Below, one piece after another: positions 23,301 to 36,919 of a stretch of DNA of 64,000 nucleotides. Every line of letters begins with the position of its first letter. Positions within the stretch are counted from its first letter, which is position 1. The DNA is from Heterodontus francisci (Eukaryota). The position numbers and the translations under genes are program-made. The notes below the pieces were generated by a model. That model was given only the letters and a program-made list of their open reading frames with translations, was not told the origin of the DNA and searched no databases. The DNA lies in assembly GCF_036365525.1 (NCBI RefSeq), contig NW_027141363.1:496001-560000 (forward strand), in the 5' to 3' direction.

Positions 23301-25261
23301 TCCTTTCTGAATACCGTCCCTGTCCCTTCCCCCATTGAGCCACAAGGAGACAGGCAGAGACAGTCGGGGAGCAGATACACAGAGAGGCAAAGAAACACTG
23401 GGCTGGACTCGGACTTGGTACCAATGGTGCAAACCAGGATGGAGGGCAGGAGGGTGGTTGTGAATCCGGCTGCCCGTTCAGCATCTCTCCCCTGTTTTTA
23501 CCTCAATGGGACCAAAACTGGGCAGAGATGGAAAGCAGGATCCCAGTTTACAATCACCCTGTGCACACACCAAGGCAGTGAGTTCAAATCCACCCCCAGA
23601 CAGAGGGACAGAGACACAGAAAACAGATCCTGGGATTAGGACAGAACAGAGAGAGAGAGAAATAAATGGAAAGAGAGATGGAGAATGACATGCAGGGAGT
23701 CCGAAACCAGTGAGAGAAACTCAGAACAGAGGGTCAGAATACCGAGAAGGACAGAGAGAGACATGGAGACATACAGAGAGAGAGAGCTGGAGGTGTAGTG
23801 AGAGAATGCAGCAGCGATGAAGATATTGAGAAAGATCCCAGACAAAGAGAGATACAGAGACAGAAAGATGTGGCGGGGCAGAGATACAAAGTAAGATGTG
23901 TTTACAGAATAGCAAGAGGTGTCCTGGGACAGGGGGGAGGGAAATGCAGAGATAATCTTGCAGGAAAGGAGGAGCAGAGATGGAAAGATTCAGGGATTTG
24001 GAAGTGATTGAGAGAACAAGTGGAGAGAGAGAGAGAGAAAGATGCAGAGAGTCGCAGAAAGAGTGGCAATGGAAACGTGAGACTCCAGAGACAGGCAGAG
24101 ATAGAAAGGATGTTGAGAGATACAGTGATAGGAATTTAAAGATGTGAAGAAACAGAGCTAGGAGGAAGGTGCAGGGAACAAGTGCAGCAAGAGATGGAGA
24201 GGGGGAAATCTAGGGGATTACATTGACTGTTCTGGAGCAGCTCTTTCCCAAACTATTCCCTTCGGGAGCTCCCTCCAGCCCCCTCCCTTGTGGCAAAAAA
24301 AAAAATCCACAGAGCCTCTGAAAACACAAAATCAAAATACTGCAGATGCTGGAAATCTGAAATAAAAAGTGTGTTAGAAATACTGAGCATTTCCAGCACT
24401 TTGTTTTTCTATCAGCCCCGAAAACACACCGTTTTCTTTTCTGTATCTTGAAATGAATTTGACAATGACACATATATATTTATTATTATTTTCCTCTCTG
24501 GTTATAGCTCTTGTCTGAGAATTCCAGGTGGCCAAACGATTCTTCCTCTGCATCATCACAGCTGCAGCTTCCGAAAAGATTCTCCTTGGGAATAAGAGAA
24601 ATAAAATTGATTCAAACACAGCAAAGCATTTTGGAACAGAAATAAAACACAGCAAGAGCCCAGAGCTCTTTCTCTCACTCACTGACATAAAACAATCTCT
24701 CAGTGACTCCCCGTCTTGCAAATACATCCCCCGACACAGAGCCAGAGACTGGGAAGTGTGGATGTGTTTACCCTGTCCTTTCCTGCTGTCTCTCAATTTC
24801 TCTCTCTCTCTATTTCTCTGTGTGTCTCTCTCATCTGTTTCTGCCTCATTCTAAAAACACACAAACACTGGTGACCCCCATCCCCTATCCTGTCGAAGGA
24901 TAGAAAGAAATTGCCACATTCCCATCCCTGAAAATCAGAATTCAAATGGCCCCCAGGTGTTTCATTTCACTGTCAAATTAACCCACAGTCTAAAACACCA
25001 GCATTATTCGGGAATGAGAACAAACCTTCACATTTCACCCATTTCATTGCTGATTCACAGAAGTATCTGACACTCAATGAATTCATTTTTAAAGTGGTCG
25101 GCAATGTTGGAAATGCTGTCGGCCACTGTTGCACAGCAAGATCCCACAAGCAGCAGTGTGATCAAAGTCGGCTATCCCTCCTCCCCCTCTAATTCCCTCC
25201 ATGTTTCCCTCACTCCTGCGTCTCTCCCTCCTGTTACTCTCATTCAGATGGGGAGAGAGAG

Positions 25262-26905
25262 AGAATCACAGAATAATACTGTGCAGAAGAGGCCCTTCGG
25301 CCCATCGAGTCTGCACCGATGCATTAAAGACACCTGACCTGTCTACCTAATCCCATTTACCAGCAATTGGCCCATAGCCTTGAATGTTATGACGTGCCAA
25401 GTGCTCATCCAGGTACTTTTTAAAGGATGTGAGACAACCTGCCTCTACCACCCTCCCAGGCAGGGCATTCCAGACTGTTGCCACCCTCTGGGTAAAAAAG
25501 CTCTTCCTCAAATCCCCCTTAAACCTCCCGCCCCTCACCTGAAACTTGTGACCCCCTCGGAACTGACCCTTCAACTAAGGGGAACAGCTGTTCCCTATCC
25601 ACCCTGTCCATACTCCTCATAATCTTGTACACCTCGATAAGGTCACCCCTCAGTCTTCTCTGCTCCAGTGAAAACAACCCAAGCCTATCCAACCTCTCTT
25701 CATAGCTTAAATATTCCATCACAGGCACCATCCTGGTGAATTGCCTCTGCACCCCCTCCAGTGCAATCACATCCTTCCTATAATGTGGTGACCAGAATTG
25801 CACACAGTACTCCAGCTGTGGCCTTACCAAAGTTCTATCCAACTCCAACATGACCTCCCTGCTTTTGTAATCTATGCCTCGATTGATAAAGGCAAGTGTC
25901 CCATATGCCTTTTTCACCACCCTATTAACCTGCCCTTCTGCCTTCAGAGATCTATGGACAAACACGCCAAGGTCCCTTTGTTCCTCGGAACTTCCCAGTG
26001 TCAGGCCATTCATTGAATACTTCCATGTCACATTACTCCTTCCAAAGTGTATCACCTCACACTTTTCAGGGTTAAATTCCATCTGCCACTTTTCTGCCCA
26101 TTTGACCATCCCATCTATATCTTCCTGTAACCCAAGACACTCCACCTCACTGTTAATCACTCGGCCAATCTTTGTGTCATCCCCGAACTTACTGATCCTA
26201 CCCCCCACATAGTCATCTATGTCGTTTATATAAATGACAATCAATCGGGGACCCAGCACAGATCGCTGTGGTACGCCACCGGACACTGGCTTCCAGTCAC
26301 TAAAACAGCCGTCTGACATCACTCTCTGTCTCCTACAGCTAAGCCAATTTTGAATCCACCTTATCAAGTTACCCTGTATCCCATGTGCATTTGCTTTCTT
26401 GATAAGTCTCCCATGTGGGACCTTGTCAAAGGCTTTGCTGAAATCCATGTAAAATACATCAACTGCACTACCCTCATCTACACACCTGGTCACATGCTCA
26501 AAAATTCAATCAAATTTGTTCGGCATGACCTCCCTCTGACAAAGCCATGCTGAATATTCCTAATCACATTTTGCCTCTCCAAGTGGAGATAGATTCTCTC
26601 CTTCAGAATTCTCTCCAATCGTTTCCCTACCACTAACGTGAGACCCACTGGTCTGTAGTTCCCTGGCTTATCTCTACAACCTTTCTTAAATAGTGGGACC
26701 ACATTAGCTGTTCTCCAGTCCTCTGGCACCTCCCCCTTGGCCAGAGAGGAATTAAAAATTTGGGTCAGAGCCCCTGCAATCTCCATCCTCGCCTCCCACA
26801 GCATCCTGGGAGACAAATGGTCCAGCCCTGGAGATTTGTCCACTTTTAAGCTGCCAAAACCTCCAATACCTTCTCACTCCCGATGACAATTTGCTCAAAA
26901 ACCTC
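25262..26905 (-). mobile_element. CR1 LINE ORF2 (RT) 3' part, frameshifted
   Basis: ORFs 26490-26843 and 25519-26493: NYRPVGLT, MDFSKAFDKVPH, GVPQRSVLGP, FGDD, LGLFSLEQRRLRGDLIEVYK. Confidence 0.92.
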
Positions 26906-28231
26906 AGTCAGATCCCAGCAATGGTGACACTTCAACATTCAGTTTACCAAGGTTTTGAGTGTGGATTTCTCTCTCTCTCTCTCTCTCTTTTTCTCTCCAT
27001 CTATTTCTGCCCCAGTGTTGTAATGTGGGAATGGATGCAAGGAATGTATGCACAGCAGGATCCCACAATGTGATGATAGCCAGATATCCCATCACAGTCC
27101 TCAGAAAATGCTAAACTCCATCTTTAAACTTTTCACAAGCCTTTATACAGCTTCACGTTCAGCTCTTGTAATTATTGGCCCTCAGGCGCAGTTGACACTC
27201 AATGAATTAATTTTGAAAGTGGTCTTCGCTGTTGTAATGCAGGAAACCAGCAGGCAATCTGTGCACAGAAAGATCCCACAGGCAGCAATATGATAACATG
27301 CAGATAATCTGTTTTTAGTGATGTAAGTTTGGAGATCCCAGAGAGAGGAACATTCCTGCTGTTTGAAAATCTCAAACACTCCTCTCCCTGTCTTTCTCCT
27401 GCTCTCCTCTCCTCCCCCCCCCCCCACACACTCATCCACATCTGTTTCTTTTTCTCTCGATCTGGCATTTAATCTGGATTGAAACGTCCTCTGCAGTGTT
27501 TCTGTCACCGTTTAAAATAACCACACGTCACATTGTGGCTCCTATTGATTAATGGTTAAAATAGAGAAAGTGCGGGGGGAGAGAAAAGCAGAGGAAGATG
27601 GAGAGAAAACAGAGAAATCCACACTCAGACCCTCAGGAAGCTGAATTTTAACGTGCCCTCATTGTTGTCATGTAGGAAATGCTCCAGGGCACTAGATGCA
27701 CAGCAAGATCCCACAAGCAGCCATGTGATATTTGCTAGATTTCAGTCCCCAGAAAGGGCAAAACACCCTCTTTAAACTGGGAACAAGCTGCAGATTCTGT
27801 CTCACCATTTCAAATAACGACAAATCACATTGCTGTGTGTGGCATGTTTTTTTATTTATTAAAGTTTGAAATGGAAAAGGTGAGTGTGAAACAGACAGAG
27901 AAGAGAAAGCATGGGGGGAGATGGGGACATAGGGAAAGAATGTGGAGACAGAGAGAAAGCTAACTTCAGAACTACAGTAAAATGAATTAAAATGGGCACC
28001 GTGCATCTTATTTAACTGTTAGCTTCATAGCATTGCCCAAAACAGCAGCAAACCTCACAGACAGGGCTGGAAGGAGCAAGTGGTAAATGGGACTCCCTCC
28101 TGGGGCTGCTCCTTTAACCCCAGGCTTTCAACCTGTTTAAAACTCCAGGGCCCCAATCCGACAGGAACTAGTTTAACCCAGGGCCCCAGAGAGGAAATTA
28201 AACCTCGGGCTAATAAACAGACACAACTCAC

Positions 28232-28364
28232 ATGGGCCCTTTGGGTGCAGCCTGTGGACAAGGCCTCAGTCTGTCCCCTCTGAAGGAAGCTCCTGTCCAA
28301 GGATTCCTCGTCCCAGACTTTCTCTCTTTTCAACTTCACCATGCAGTTTTCAGAGTGAAAATTC
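28232..28364 (-). other. Candidate coding exon of unknown gene (133 nt, phase 2-0)
   Basis: CCTTAG acceptor, GTGAGT donor, open frame NFHSENCMVKLKREKVWDEESLDRSFLQRGQTEALSTGCTQRAH; duplicated at 29231-29363. Confidence 0.5.
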
Positions 28365-29230
28365 CTAAGGCAATTGGGAAAGAGAGAAAATTGATTAAAA
28401 GGCATTGTTAATCAAAATAGCACAGCAAGAGCCCAGGAATTGCCCTCTGTTACACAGACACTCTCTCAACAACACCAATACAAACAAATCACAGTTAATA
28501 AACCAGACACTAAAAGGGTACAGACAGTTCCCTCCACCAGTGTGTGTCTGTCTCTTAATCTCTCTGTATCTCTCTCTCTCTCTCTGTCCGTATCAGGTTT
28601 TTTCCCCTGTATTTCATACATAGTCTTTATTGAAATAAGCTATGAAATATTTCTGTCTCACCATTTAAACAACAACAAATCTCTGTTTTGAACGATTAAA
28701 GGTTTAGATAGAGAGACAGAGGGAAAGAAAGCTGGAGAGAGACAGAGAGAGAAATCGAAACTCAGAACTTCAGTAAAATGAATTGAAATGAATCGGGAAC
28801 ATTTGACTCTCAGTGAGTTAATTTTTAAAGTGGTCGTCACTGTTGCAATGTTGGAAAAGCTGCAGGCCGTTTGTGAACAGCAAGATCCCACAAGCAGCAG
28901 TGTGATAACAGCTGGCTATCCCTCTCTCCCCCTCTCATTCAGTCCATGTTTCCCTCACTCTCCTGCCTCTCTCTCCCTCCTGTTACTCTCATTCAGAGAG
29001 ACAGATGGAGAGAGAGAGAGAGAGAGAAATTCACTCTCCTGCCTCACTCTCAATTCAAACGGCTGCTGCACATTTCATTTCACCCTCAAATTCCACAAAA
29101 CACCAGCATTATTCAGGAATTATAACAAGGCTTTAGACAGCTTCACCTTTCGGATGTTTAATTTCCTCGAGCAAGGTGGGCCCCAGAGAGAGGGAATTAA
29201 ACCTCGGCCTAATGAACAGACACAACTCAC

Positions 29231-29363
29231 GTGGGCCCACTGGGTGCAGCCTGTGGACAAGGCCTCAGTCCGTCCCCTCTGGAGGAAGCTCCTGTCCAAG
29301 GATTCCTCGTCCCAGACTTTCCCTCTTTTCACCTTCACCATGCAGTTTTCAGAATGAAAATTC
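29231..29363 (-). other. Duplicate candidate exon (133 nt)
   Basis: Same length, frame and splice sites as 28232-28364, with few substitutions. Confidence 0.5.
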
Positions 29364-29733
29364 CTCGGGAAAGAAGGAGAAAAAATTGCATTAAAATACA
29401 AAGCAAGGACATTTTAAAACAAAATAGCACAGCAAGAGCCCAGGGTTTCCCCTCTCAGTTACAGAGGCAATCAGCAATATTCAAAGCGAATCAAATCACA
29501 GTTATAAACCAGATTGAGACAGAGAGAACACACACACACAGATACACAGACACACACACTGAATCAGACTGGGGAATGTGTCTACTCTCGAGAGAGAGAG
29601 AGTGAAAGGTGGGTTTTGTGATTGGAACTGGGATCTTCCTACCCAGATATATACTGAGTGAGCTGTTTGTAAACTCCACCCCTTGAGTCTCTGACATGTT
29701 GGGCTGTCTCTCAATCTCTTGCCTCGGGGGCCT

Positions 29734-29901
29734 GTCCATTGATATGTTAATCCCAGGACAGGACCTTCCTGACTCTTCCAGTCCATTGATATGTTAATCC
29801 CAGGACAGGACCTTCCTGACTCTTCCAGTCCATTGATATGTTAATCCCAGGACAGGGCCTTCCTGACTCTTCCAGTCCATTGATATGTTAATCCCAGGAC
29901 A
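29734..29901. repeat. 47-bp tandem repeat, about 3.5 copies
   Basis: GTCCATTGATATGTTAATCCCAGGACAGGACCTTCCTGACTCTTCCA units. Confidence 0.9.
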
Positions 29902-31374
29902 GCAATGCTTTCAGCCATTTCTTGGTTAATTTTAAACCTTTAATGCTTTCCCTGCAGTTTGAAAATATCAAACACTGATCCAACACTCCCCCCTAAAACC
30001 TTCACACTAAACTTCTTTAAACTTTTCACAAGCCTTTATAAAGCTTCACGTTCAACTCTTGTAATTATTGGCCCTCAGGAGCAGTTGACACTCAATGAAT
30101 TAATTTTGAAAGTGGTCCTCAGTGTTGCAATGCAGGCACTGTGTGCACAGCAAGATCCCACAGGCAGCAATATGATAACATGCAGATAATCTGTTTTTAG
30201 TGATGTAAGTTTAGAGATCCCAGAAAGAGGAACATTCCTGCAGTTTGAAAATCTCAAACACCCCTCTCCCTGTCTTTCTCCTGCTCTCTGTGTGCCTGTC
30301 TCTCTCTCTCTCAATCTGTGTGTCTCTCTCTCTGTGCCTGTCTCTCTCCCTCTCTCTAAATCAGAGTCACTCTCTCTCTCTCTCTGCCTGTCTGTCTCTC
30401 TCTCTTCTCAGAATCTGTCTCTCCCTCCCTCTTTCTACCCATCTCTCCCTCCCTCTTTCTGCCTGTCTCTCCCTCGCTCTCTGTCTCTCTGAAGACCAAT
30501 ATCACGTATGTTTCGCCAATTACTCTCTTACTAAGTGCTGCCGCCTTCAAAGATCACTGCTCGTGAACCTCCAGCTCCCTCTGTACCTGCACACTCTTGA
30601 GAAATATGTCATAGTATCATCAAACAAAGTCAACATGGTTTCACGAAAGGGAAATCTCCTTTTAATCTTCTCTGCTCTAAGGAGAACAAGCCCAGCTTCT
30701 CCAGTCTATCAGTGTAACTGTAATAATCTCATCCAGGAACCGTTCCAGTAAATCTCTTCTACACATTCACCAAAGCCTCCATGTCCTTCCAAAAGTGTGA
30801 TCCCAGAATTGGACACAATACTCCAACTGGAGACAAACTATTATTTTATAAAGGTTTAACATCACTTCCTGACTTTTGCACTCTCGATCTCTGTTTATAA
30901 AGCTCAGGATCCCATCTGCTTTATTAACCCATCAGCGAAGAGAGAAATTCTCTCCATTGACCGGTTCCATTAGACATGAATCCTTGAGTCATTCCAAGGC
31001 TGGCGGGAGGGTTTAGGGGAGACCAGAGAGAACCCTGACCTGGTCAGTTTTTATCAAACAGGAAACCATCAGTACATTGGCACCAATGTGGTGGAAGGAA
31101 GCTTCCTATCGTGATAACATTCCCAGCTGCGGATCAGTGGATACAGGGGTCAAATCCATCTCCACACCATCCCAGTGACTGTACACTGGAGATCTGCCTG
31201 TCAATTCTGTGTAACATCTAGAGAGCTATTCAGCTGTGTGATCCATCCCACCTTTCTCTCACTACCTGTCCACCTCGCCCTCTGCCTCTCCCCCTCACTC
31301 GCTGTGTCTCTCCCTCTTTCAACACCACTTTCTCTCCCTCTCTCTCTCCCTCTCTCTATCTCTCTCTCTTTGCA

Positions 31375-32105
31375 GTGTCCCACTAGTCACAGCCTGCCAA
31401 CCTGAAAATGACCCATTTATTCCTACTCTCTGTTTCCTGTCCATTAACCAGTTCTCAATCCATGCCAGTATCTTCCCCCCAATCCCATGTGCTCTCATTT
31501 TGTTTACTAACCTCTTGTGTGGGATCTTATCAAAAGCTTTCTGAAAATCTAAATCTATCACATCCACCGGTTCCCCCTTATCTATTCCGCTAGTTACGTC
31601 CTCAAAAAAACTCCAACAGGTTTGTTAAAGATGATTTCCCTTTCATAAATCCATGTTTACTCTGACCAATCCTACCATTATTTTCGAAGTGTCTGCTTAT
31701 CACATCCTTTATTATAGATTTGAGAATTTTCCCTCTGACTGATGTTAGACTAACAGGTCCGTAGTTCCCCATTTTCTCTCTCCCTCCTTTTGTAAATAGT
31801 GAGGTTACAATTGCTACCTTCCAATCTGCAGGAACCATTCCAGAGTCTATTGAATTTTGAAAGATGACCACCAATACATCAACTATCTCTACAGCCACCT
31901 CTTTCAACACTCTGGGATGTAGATCATCAGGTCCAGGGGATTTATTTACTTTCAGACCCATTCATTTGTCTCGTACTTTTTTTACTAATATTTATATTTT
32001 GCAGTTCATCATTTACACTAGTTCCCTGATTCTCCATTATTTCTGGGAGGTTTTCAGTATGTTCCTCTGTGTAGACAGACACAAAGTATTTGTTTAGTTT
32101 CTCTA
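31375..32105 (-). mobile_element. CR1 LINE RT fragment
   Basis: KSPGPDDLHPRVLKE..NYGPVSLTS, LDFQKAFDKIPH; duplicated at about 42222-42955. Confidence 0.85.
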
Positions 32106-32148
32106 CCATTGTCCTAGGATGAGAGACTGAGTAAATTGGACCAGTATT

Positions 32149-32828
32149 CTCTGTTACCCTCTGAATCCCAGTCTCTCCCCCTCTGTTACCCTCTGAATCC
32201 CAGTCTCTCCCCCTCTGTTACCCTCTGAATCCCAGTCTCTCCCCCTCTGTTACCCTCTGAATCCCAGTCTCTCCCTCTCTGTTACCCTCTGAATCCCAGT
32301 CTCTGCCTCTCTGTTACCCTCTGAATCCCAGTCTCTCGCCCTCTGTTACCCTCTGAATCCCAGTCTCTCCCCTCTGTTATCCTCTGAATCCCAGTCTCTG
32401 CCCCTCTGTTACCCTCTGAATCCCAGTCTCTGCCCCTCTGTTATCCTCTGAATCCTAGTCTCTCCCTCTCTGTTACCCTCTGAATCCCAGTCTCTCCCTC
32501 TCTGTTACCCTCTGAATCCCAGTCTCTCCCTCTCTGTTACCCTCTGAATCCCAGTCTCTCCCTCTCTGTTACCCACTGAATCCCAGTCTCTGCCCCTCTG
32601 TTACCCTCTGAATCCCAGTCTCTCCCTCTCTGTTACCCTCTGAATCCCAGTCTCTGCCCCTCTGTTACCCTCTGAATCCCAGTCTCTCCCTCTCTGTTAC
32701 CCACGAATCCCAGTCTCTGCCCCTCTGTTACCCTCTGAATCCCAGTCTCTCCCTCTCTGTTACCCTCTGAATCCCAGTCTCTGCCCCTCTGTTACCCTCT
32801 GAATCCCAGTCTCTCCCTCTCTGTTACC
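32149..32828. repeat. 32-bp minisatellite (CTCTGTTACCCTCTGAATCCCAGTCTCTCCCT)n, about 21 copies
   Basis: Measured 32-nt period. Confidence 0.95.
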
Positions 32829-34456
32829 TAATCCGAAATTTATAAATGTTCAGCATAACCTCCCTGATAGAGGCGGTCTGGTGAAATGGAACACACAAGA
32901 ACACGAAACCCCCAACACCGGATTGGACAGAACATGGGAATATTTTATGAAGGGTCTGTTGGTTGATTTTTACTGATGTGTAGATTTTGCAGTCTCTGTG
33001 TGTCGGTTTGTGTGTGTATCGGTGTCTGTATCTGTGTGTGTGTCTCTGCTTCTGCTGCGTTTCACCCGGTCTCAGTTTGTGCTGCACAAGACCATTTCTC
33101 TGTTTATAATATAATAGGCCCTGTCTTTACTCTGTATCTAACCCCATGCTGCCCCTGTCCTGGGAGTGTATGATGGGACAGTGCAGAGGGAAATTTACTC
33201 TGTCTCACCCCACACTGTGCTTGGCTTGGGAGTGTTTAATGGGACAGTGTAGATGGAGCTTTACTCTGTATCCCTGGAATTTAGAAGATTAAGGGGCGAT
33301 TTGATCAAAGTTTTCAGAATATTAAGGTAAACTGATCGGGTGGACAGAGAGAAACTATTCCCACTGGCTGCAGAGTCTAGAACTTGTGGACATAGTCTAA
33401 AAATCTAAATGTAGTCTAAAAACCATTCATGAGTGAAATGAAGAAACATTTCAACACACCAGGTGTGGTATCAGTTTGGAACTCTCTTCCACAAACAGCA
33501 ATTGATGCTGAGACACTTGTTCATTTTTAAATCTGAGATTGATGGATTTTTACTGACAAAAGTTATGAAGTGATATGGGGCAAAGACAGGTATATGGAGT
33601 TAGATCACAGATCAGTCATGATCTCATTGAATGACAGAACAGGGTTGAGGGGCTAAATGGCCTCCTCCTCTTCCTCTGTCCTCTGACAAATATCCTGCTA
33701 TCACTCTCGGTGTCTGGGTCACTCTCTCGGTCTGTGTCTCCCTCTTTGTGTCTCTTTCTGTCTGTCTGTCTCTCTTTCCCTCCTCTCTCAGAACATCAGT
33801 CAGCCATTTTAGGTTTTCAGTGGCCATTTTATGTTACCACAGCACTGGGACATTTATATCAGAGACTGACTCCTCACTAATGTAAGGTTAGTGTTTTAAA
33901 CTTGACCGAGAAACAGATCCTGGGATTCAGTTGAATGTAGATTCTCATCCTGAAAAGTGTTAGCTAACGTGTTGGGAAATGTGTCAAAAGCTGTTTCCAT
34001 TCAGACATTCCTGCATTGTGGAAGTGTGAGCTATCTTTGCAGAGACAGGAAATACGGGTGTTTGAATGGACCTGTAGCTTTTGGTTGATACAATAAGGTG
34101 AGAATTTGAATTGTGTCCCTTGCAGATCCACAGAATGGAAGTTATTTACAGAACACCACATGAAGTAGTTTACCAATGTCTGACAAACTTCAAAGACTTC
34201 CGACACATGGAAGAAGAGAATGGAACAATATACAAAACCTGAGACAGTCAGACAACAGCAGTAGGAAAATGAATCTCTTTTTCTGGGTTTTAATTTGAAG
34301 GCCTGAGCTGATGATTGAAAAAGCAGGAGTTCAAATCCCACACAGGGATGTTGTGAATTTGAATTCTGTTATTACGCAAACAAGCCTCCCACTCTCTCAC
34401 TTGCCCTCCCTCTCTCCTTCCCACTCGCTCTCTCCTTCTCCCCCTCCCGCCCCCCC

Positions 34457-34488
<32 letters not shown>

Positions 34489-35339
34489 GTCTGTCTTTAC
34501 GTCAGTTCTTGCAGATATATGGAGATATTGGAGAGCTTGGGTTGTTCTCCACTGGTCCTTCCTATCTACTCTATCTGGGCCCATCATCATTTTACACACC
34601 TCCATTAAATCTCTCCTCAGCCTCCTCTGTTCCAAAGAAAACAATTCCAGCCTGTCCAATCTTTCCTCCTGGTTAAAATTCTCCATTCCTGACAACATCC
34701 TCTGTAAATCTCCTCTGTACCCTCTCTAGTGTGATCACATCCTTCCTGTAATGTGGTGACTAGAACTGTACACAGTACTCTAGCTGTGGTCTAACTAGTG
34801 TTTTATACAGTTCCAGCATAACCTCCCTGCTCTTATATTCTATACATCGGCCAATAAAGGAAATTACAATCGAAAATCCTGTGAGAAAAATAATCCCTAT
34901 TGTTAATTAAAAAAACAGCTAACAATTGTTACAGTGCAACACAAGTATGATTTATTAAACTTTAACACAACAGAGTTTGTTACTCGGTCGTGTAAAGTGC
35001 ATTGCACTATTACTGACCTTTATTCCAGTCCCTCAATCCCACTTCATCTCGGGGAGATTGTTATAAGATTCACCCCATCATTTCAAACATAAATATTACC
35101 CACATCAAACCAGAGCAATTAGAAATTGTACACAGCTGCTGATAGCTAGTAACAAGACCGAAGGGAATGTTCAGTCTTCCATCTGTAACCCAGACAAATA
35201 TATGTCTTCATTTATATTGATATCTGTCTGTCTGTCTGAATGGAATCAGATGGAGGCCAGGCGTCTCCCATAACAACATTGTTTGACCATTTCACTTTTT
35301 CTGACAGACTGAAAGTTTTCATCTATCTTGTCTCTATTT

Positions 35340-36435
35340 TCCTGCAGTGATGTCCTGGGACTGAGCTGATTGACCTCCAACAACCACAACCATCTTCCTT
35401 TGTGCTCGGTTTGATTCCAACCAGCAGATTCCCACTGACTTCAGTTTTACTCGGGCTCTTCGATGCCACACTCGGTCAAACGCTGCCTTGATGTTAAGGT
35501 CAGTCTCTCTTCCCAGTAGCAGACAGGAGTGAATTGTTCCCTTTGACCCGTTGTGTACTGAACATGCTCTGCTTCTTCACAGCCTGATACAGGACTGTAC
35601 ACGGCCGATTAATGTAGCCCATCAAACACTCCGAGAGCAGGTTCAGCACAGCTTAGGAAGAGAGTACAGTTCCTTCAACATTCTCTCTCTGTCTTCCTCT
35701 CTCTGTCTCTCCCTCCTGCTATCTCTGACACTAGGAGAGAGACAGAGGGAGAGAGGGTTAGATATGCAGACAGAGAGAGAGGGCTGTAGAGAGGGACAAG
35801 GTTGGAGAGAGAGAGATTGTTGGGGTGGATTGAAAGGGAGAATGTAAGATATATGAATTTGATGGAATCCTTCACTCCTGTGTACACAAACAGATAAAGA
35901 TAGGTGTGTAGAGTGAAATATTGGTGGAGAGGGAGAAATGTGGATGAAGTTGGGGCCCAAGCGACCCATTCTGATGATCCAGAAGGAAAGCACTCCATTG
36001 TAAACATCCAGCAAGCTATTCCACTGTGGGAGCCATCACACATTCATGATATTGTTGTGGAAATCTTGAAATCTATGTCCCTGGTTATTGACCCCTCTGC
36101 TAAGGGAAATGGGTCCTTCCTATCCACTCTCTCTAAGCCCATCAGAGTTTCACTCTGTATCTAACCCCGTGCTGCACCTGACCTGGGAGTGTTTGATGGG
36201 GACAGTGTAGAGGGAGCTTTACTCTGTATCTAACCCCATGCTGTATCTGTCCCGGGAGTGTTTGATGGGGACAGTGTAGAGGGAGCTTTACTCTGTATCT
36301 AACCCCATGCTGTATCTGTCCCGGGAGTGTTTGATGGGGACAGCATTCTCCATTTTCACTCTCTTTCTGCGACTCTCTACATCTTTATCTGTCTCTCTCT
36401 TTCCCTGTACCTGGACCCCTCCCTCTGGCCTCTTT
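35340..36435 (+). repeat. About 1.1-kb direct duplication (copy at about 48075-49165; partial inverted copy about 12850-13495)
   Basis: ORF pairs 35551/48286 and 35904/48639; 13050-13238 is the minus-strand copy. Confidence 0.85.
36150..36345 (+). repeat. 69-bp repeat (TTTACTCTGTATCTAACCCC..GGGAGTGTTTGATGGGGACAGTGTAGAGGGAGC); also near 12140(-), 33125, 40308, 45305, 47200, 48885
   Basis: Tandem and dispersed copies visible. Confidence 0.8.
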
Positions 36436-36919
36436 AGTTGTGATTCGGTGAGTTCACAGCGGACTGTCTTCAATCTCATTGAAAAACTGTTTCCTCTGGT
36501 TTGTGATTCTCCCTCGGAGCTTAACCCTTGGAGTGCAGGTATCATTCTACTCTCTTAATACCACCCAATATTTCACACTCCTCCTTAACCACAATGTTTG
36601 CCTCATCCCCCTCTTTTATGACTATTTCACAATATTGTTACTCCTGTGATTAAAGGGACAGGGACAGAGGGGTTACGACATTGGGTAAGAGACAGAACAC
36701 AGAGAGTAGTGGTGAACGGTTGTTTCAGACTGGAGGGAGGCATAGAGTGGTATCACCCAGAGATTTCTATTGGGACCACTGCTCTTTATGATGACATGAC
36801 TTAGGTTTACAGAGCAGAACTTCAAAGTTTGCAGATGACACAAAACTTTGGAAATGTAGTAAAGAGGGAAGAGAATAGTAGCAGACTTCAGGAAGCTATT
36901 GGCAGTCTGGTGAATTGAC

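Larger units (their letters stand above)
21221..27723 (+). repeat. Large direct duplication, copy 1
   Basis: All ORFs from 22965 to 27508 recur unchanged at +36277. Confidence 0.92.
30490..32860 (+). repeat. About 2.4-kb direct duplication (copy at about 41320-43745; first 0.6 kb again at about 46315-46885)
   Basis: Recurring ORFs (LQLPLYLHTLEKYV, MTVHWRSA, MTHLFLLS). Confidence 0.85.

Noticed and set aside
24617-24644. CACAGCA-12-ACAGAAATA as a D/J RSS
   Set aside because: Weak match in both parts; no partner RSS or FGxG segment
32149-32828. 32-bp repeats as a CRISPR array
   Set aside because: Head-to-tail with no unique spacers, no cas genes, eukaryotic context
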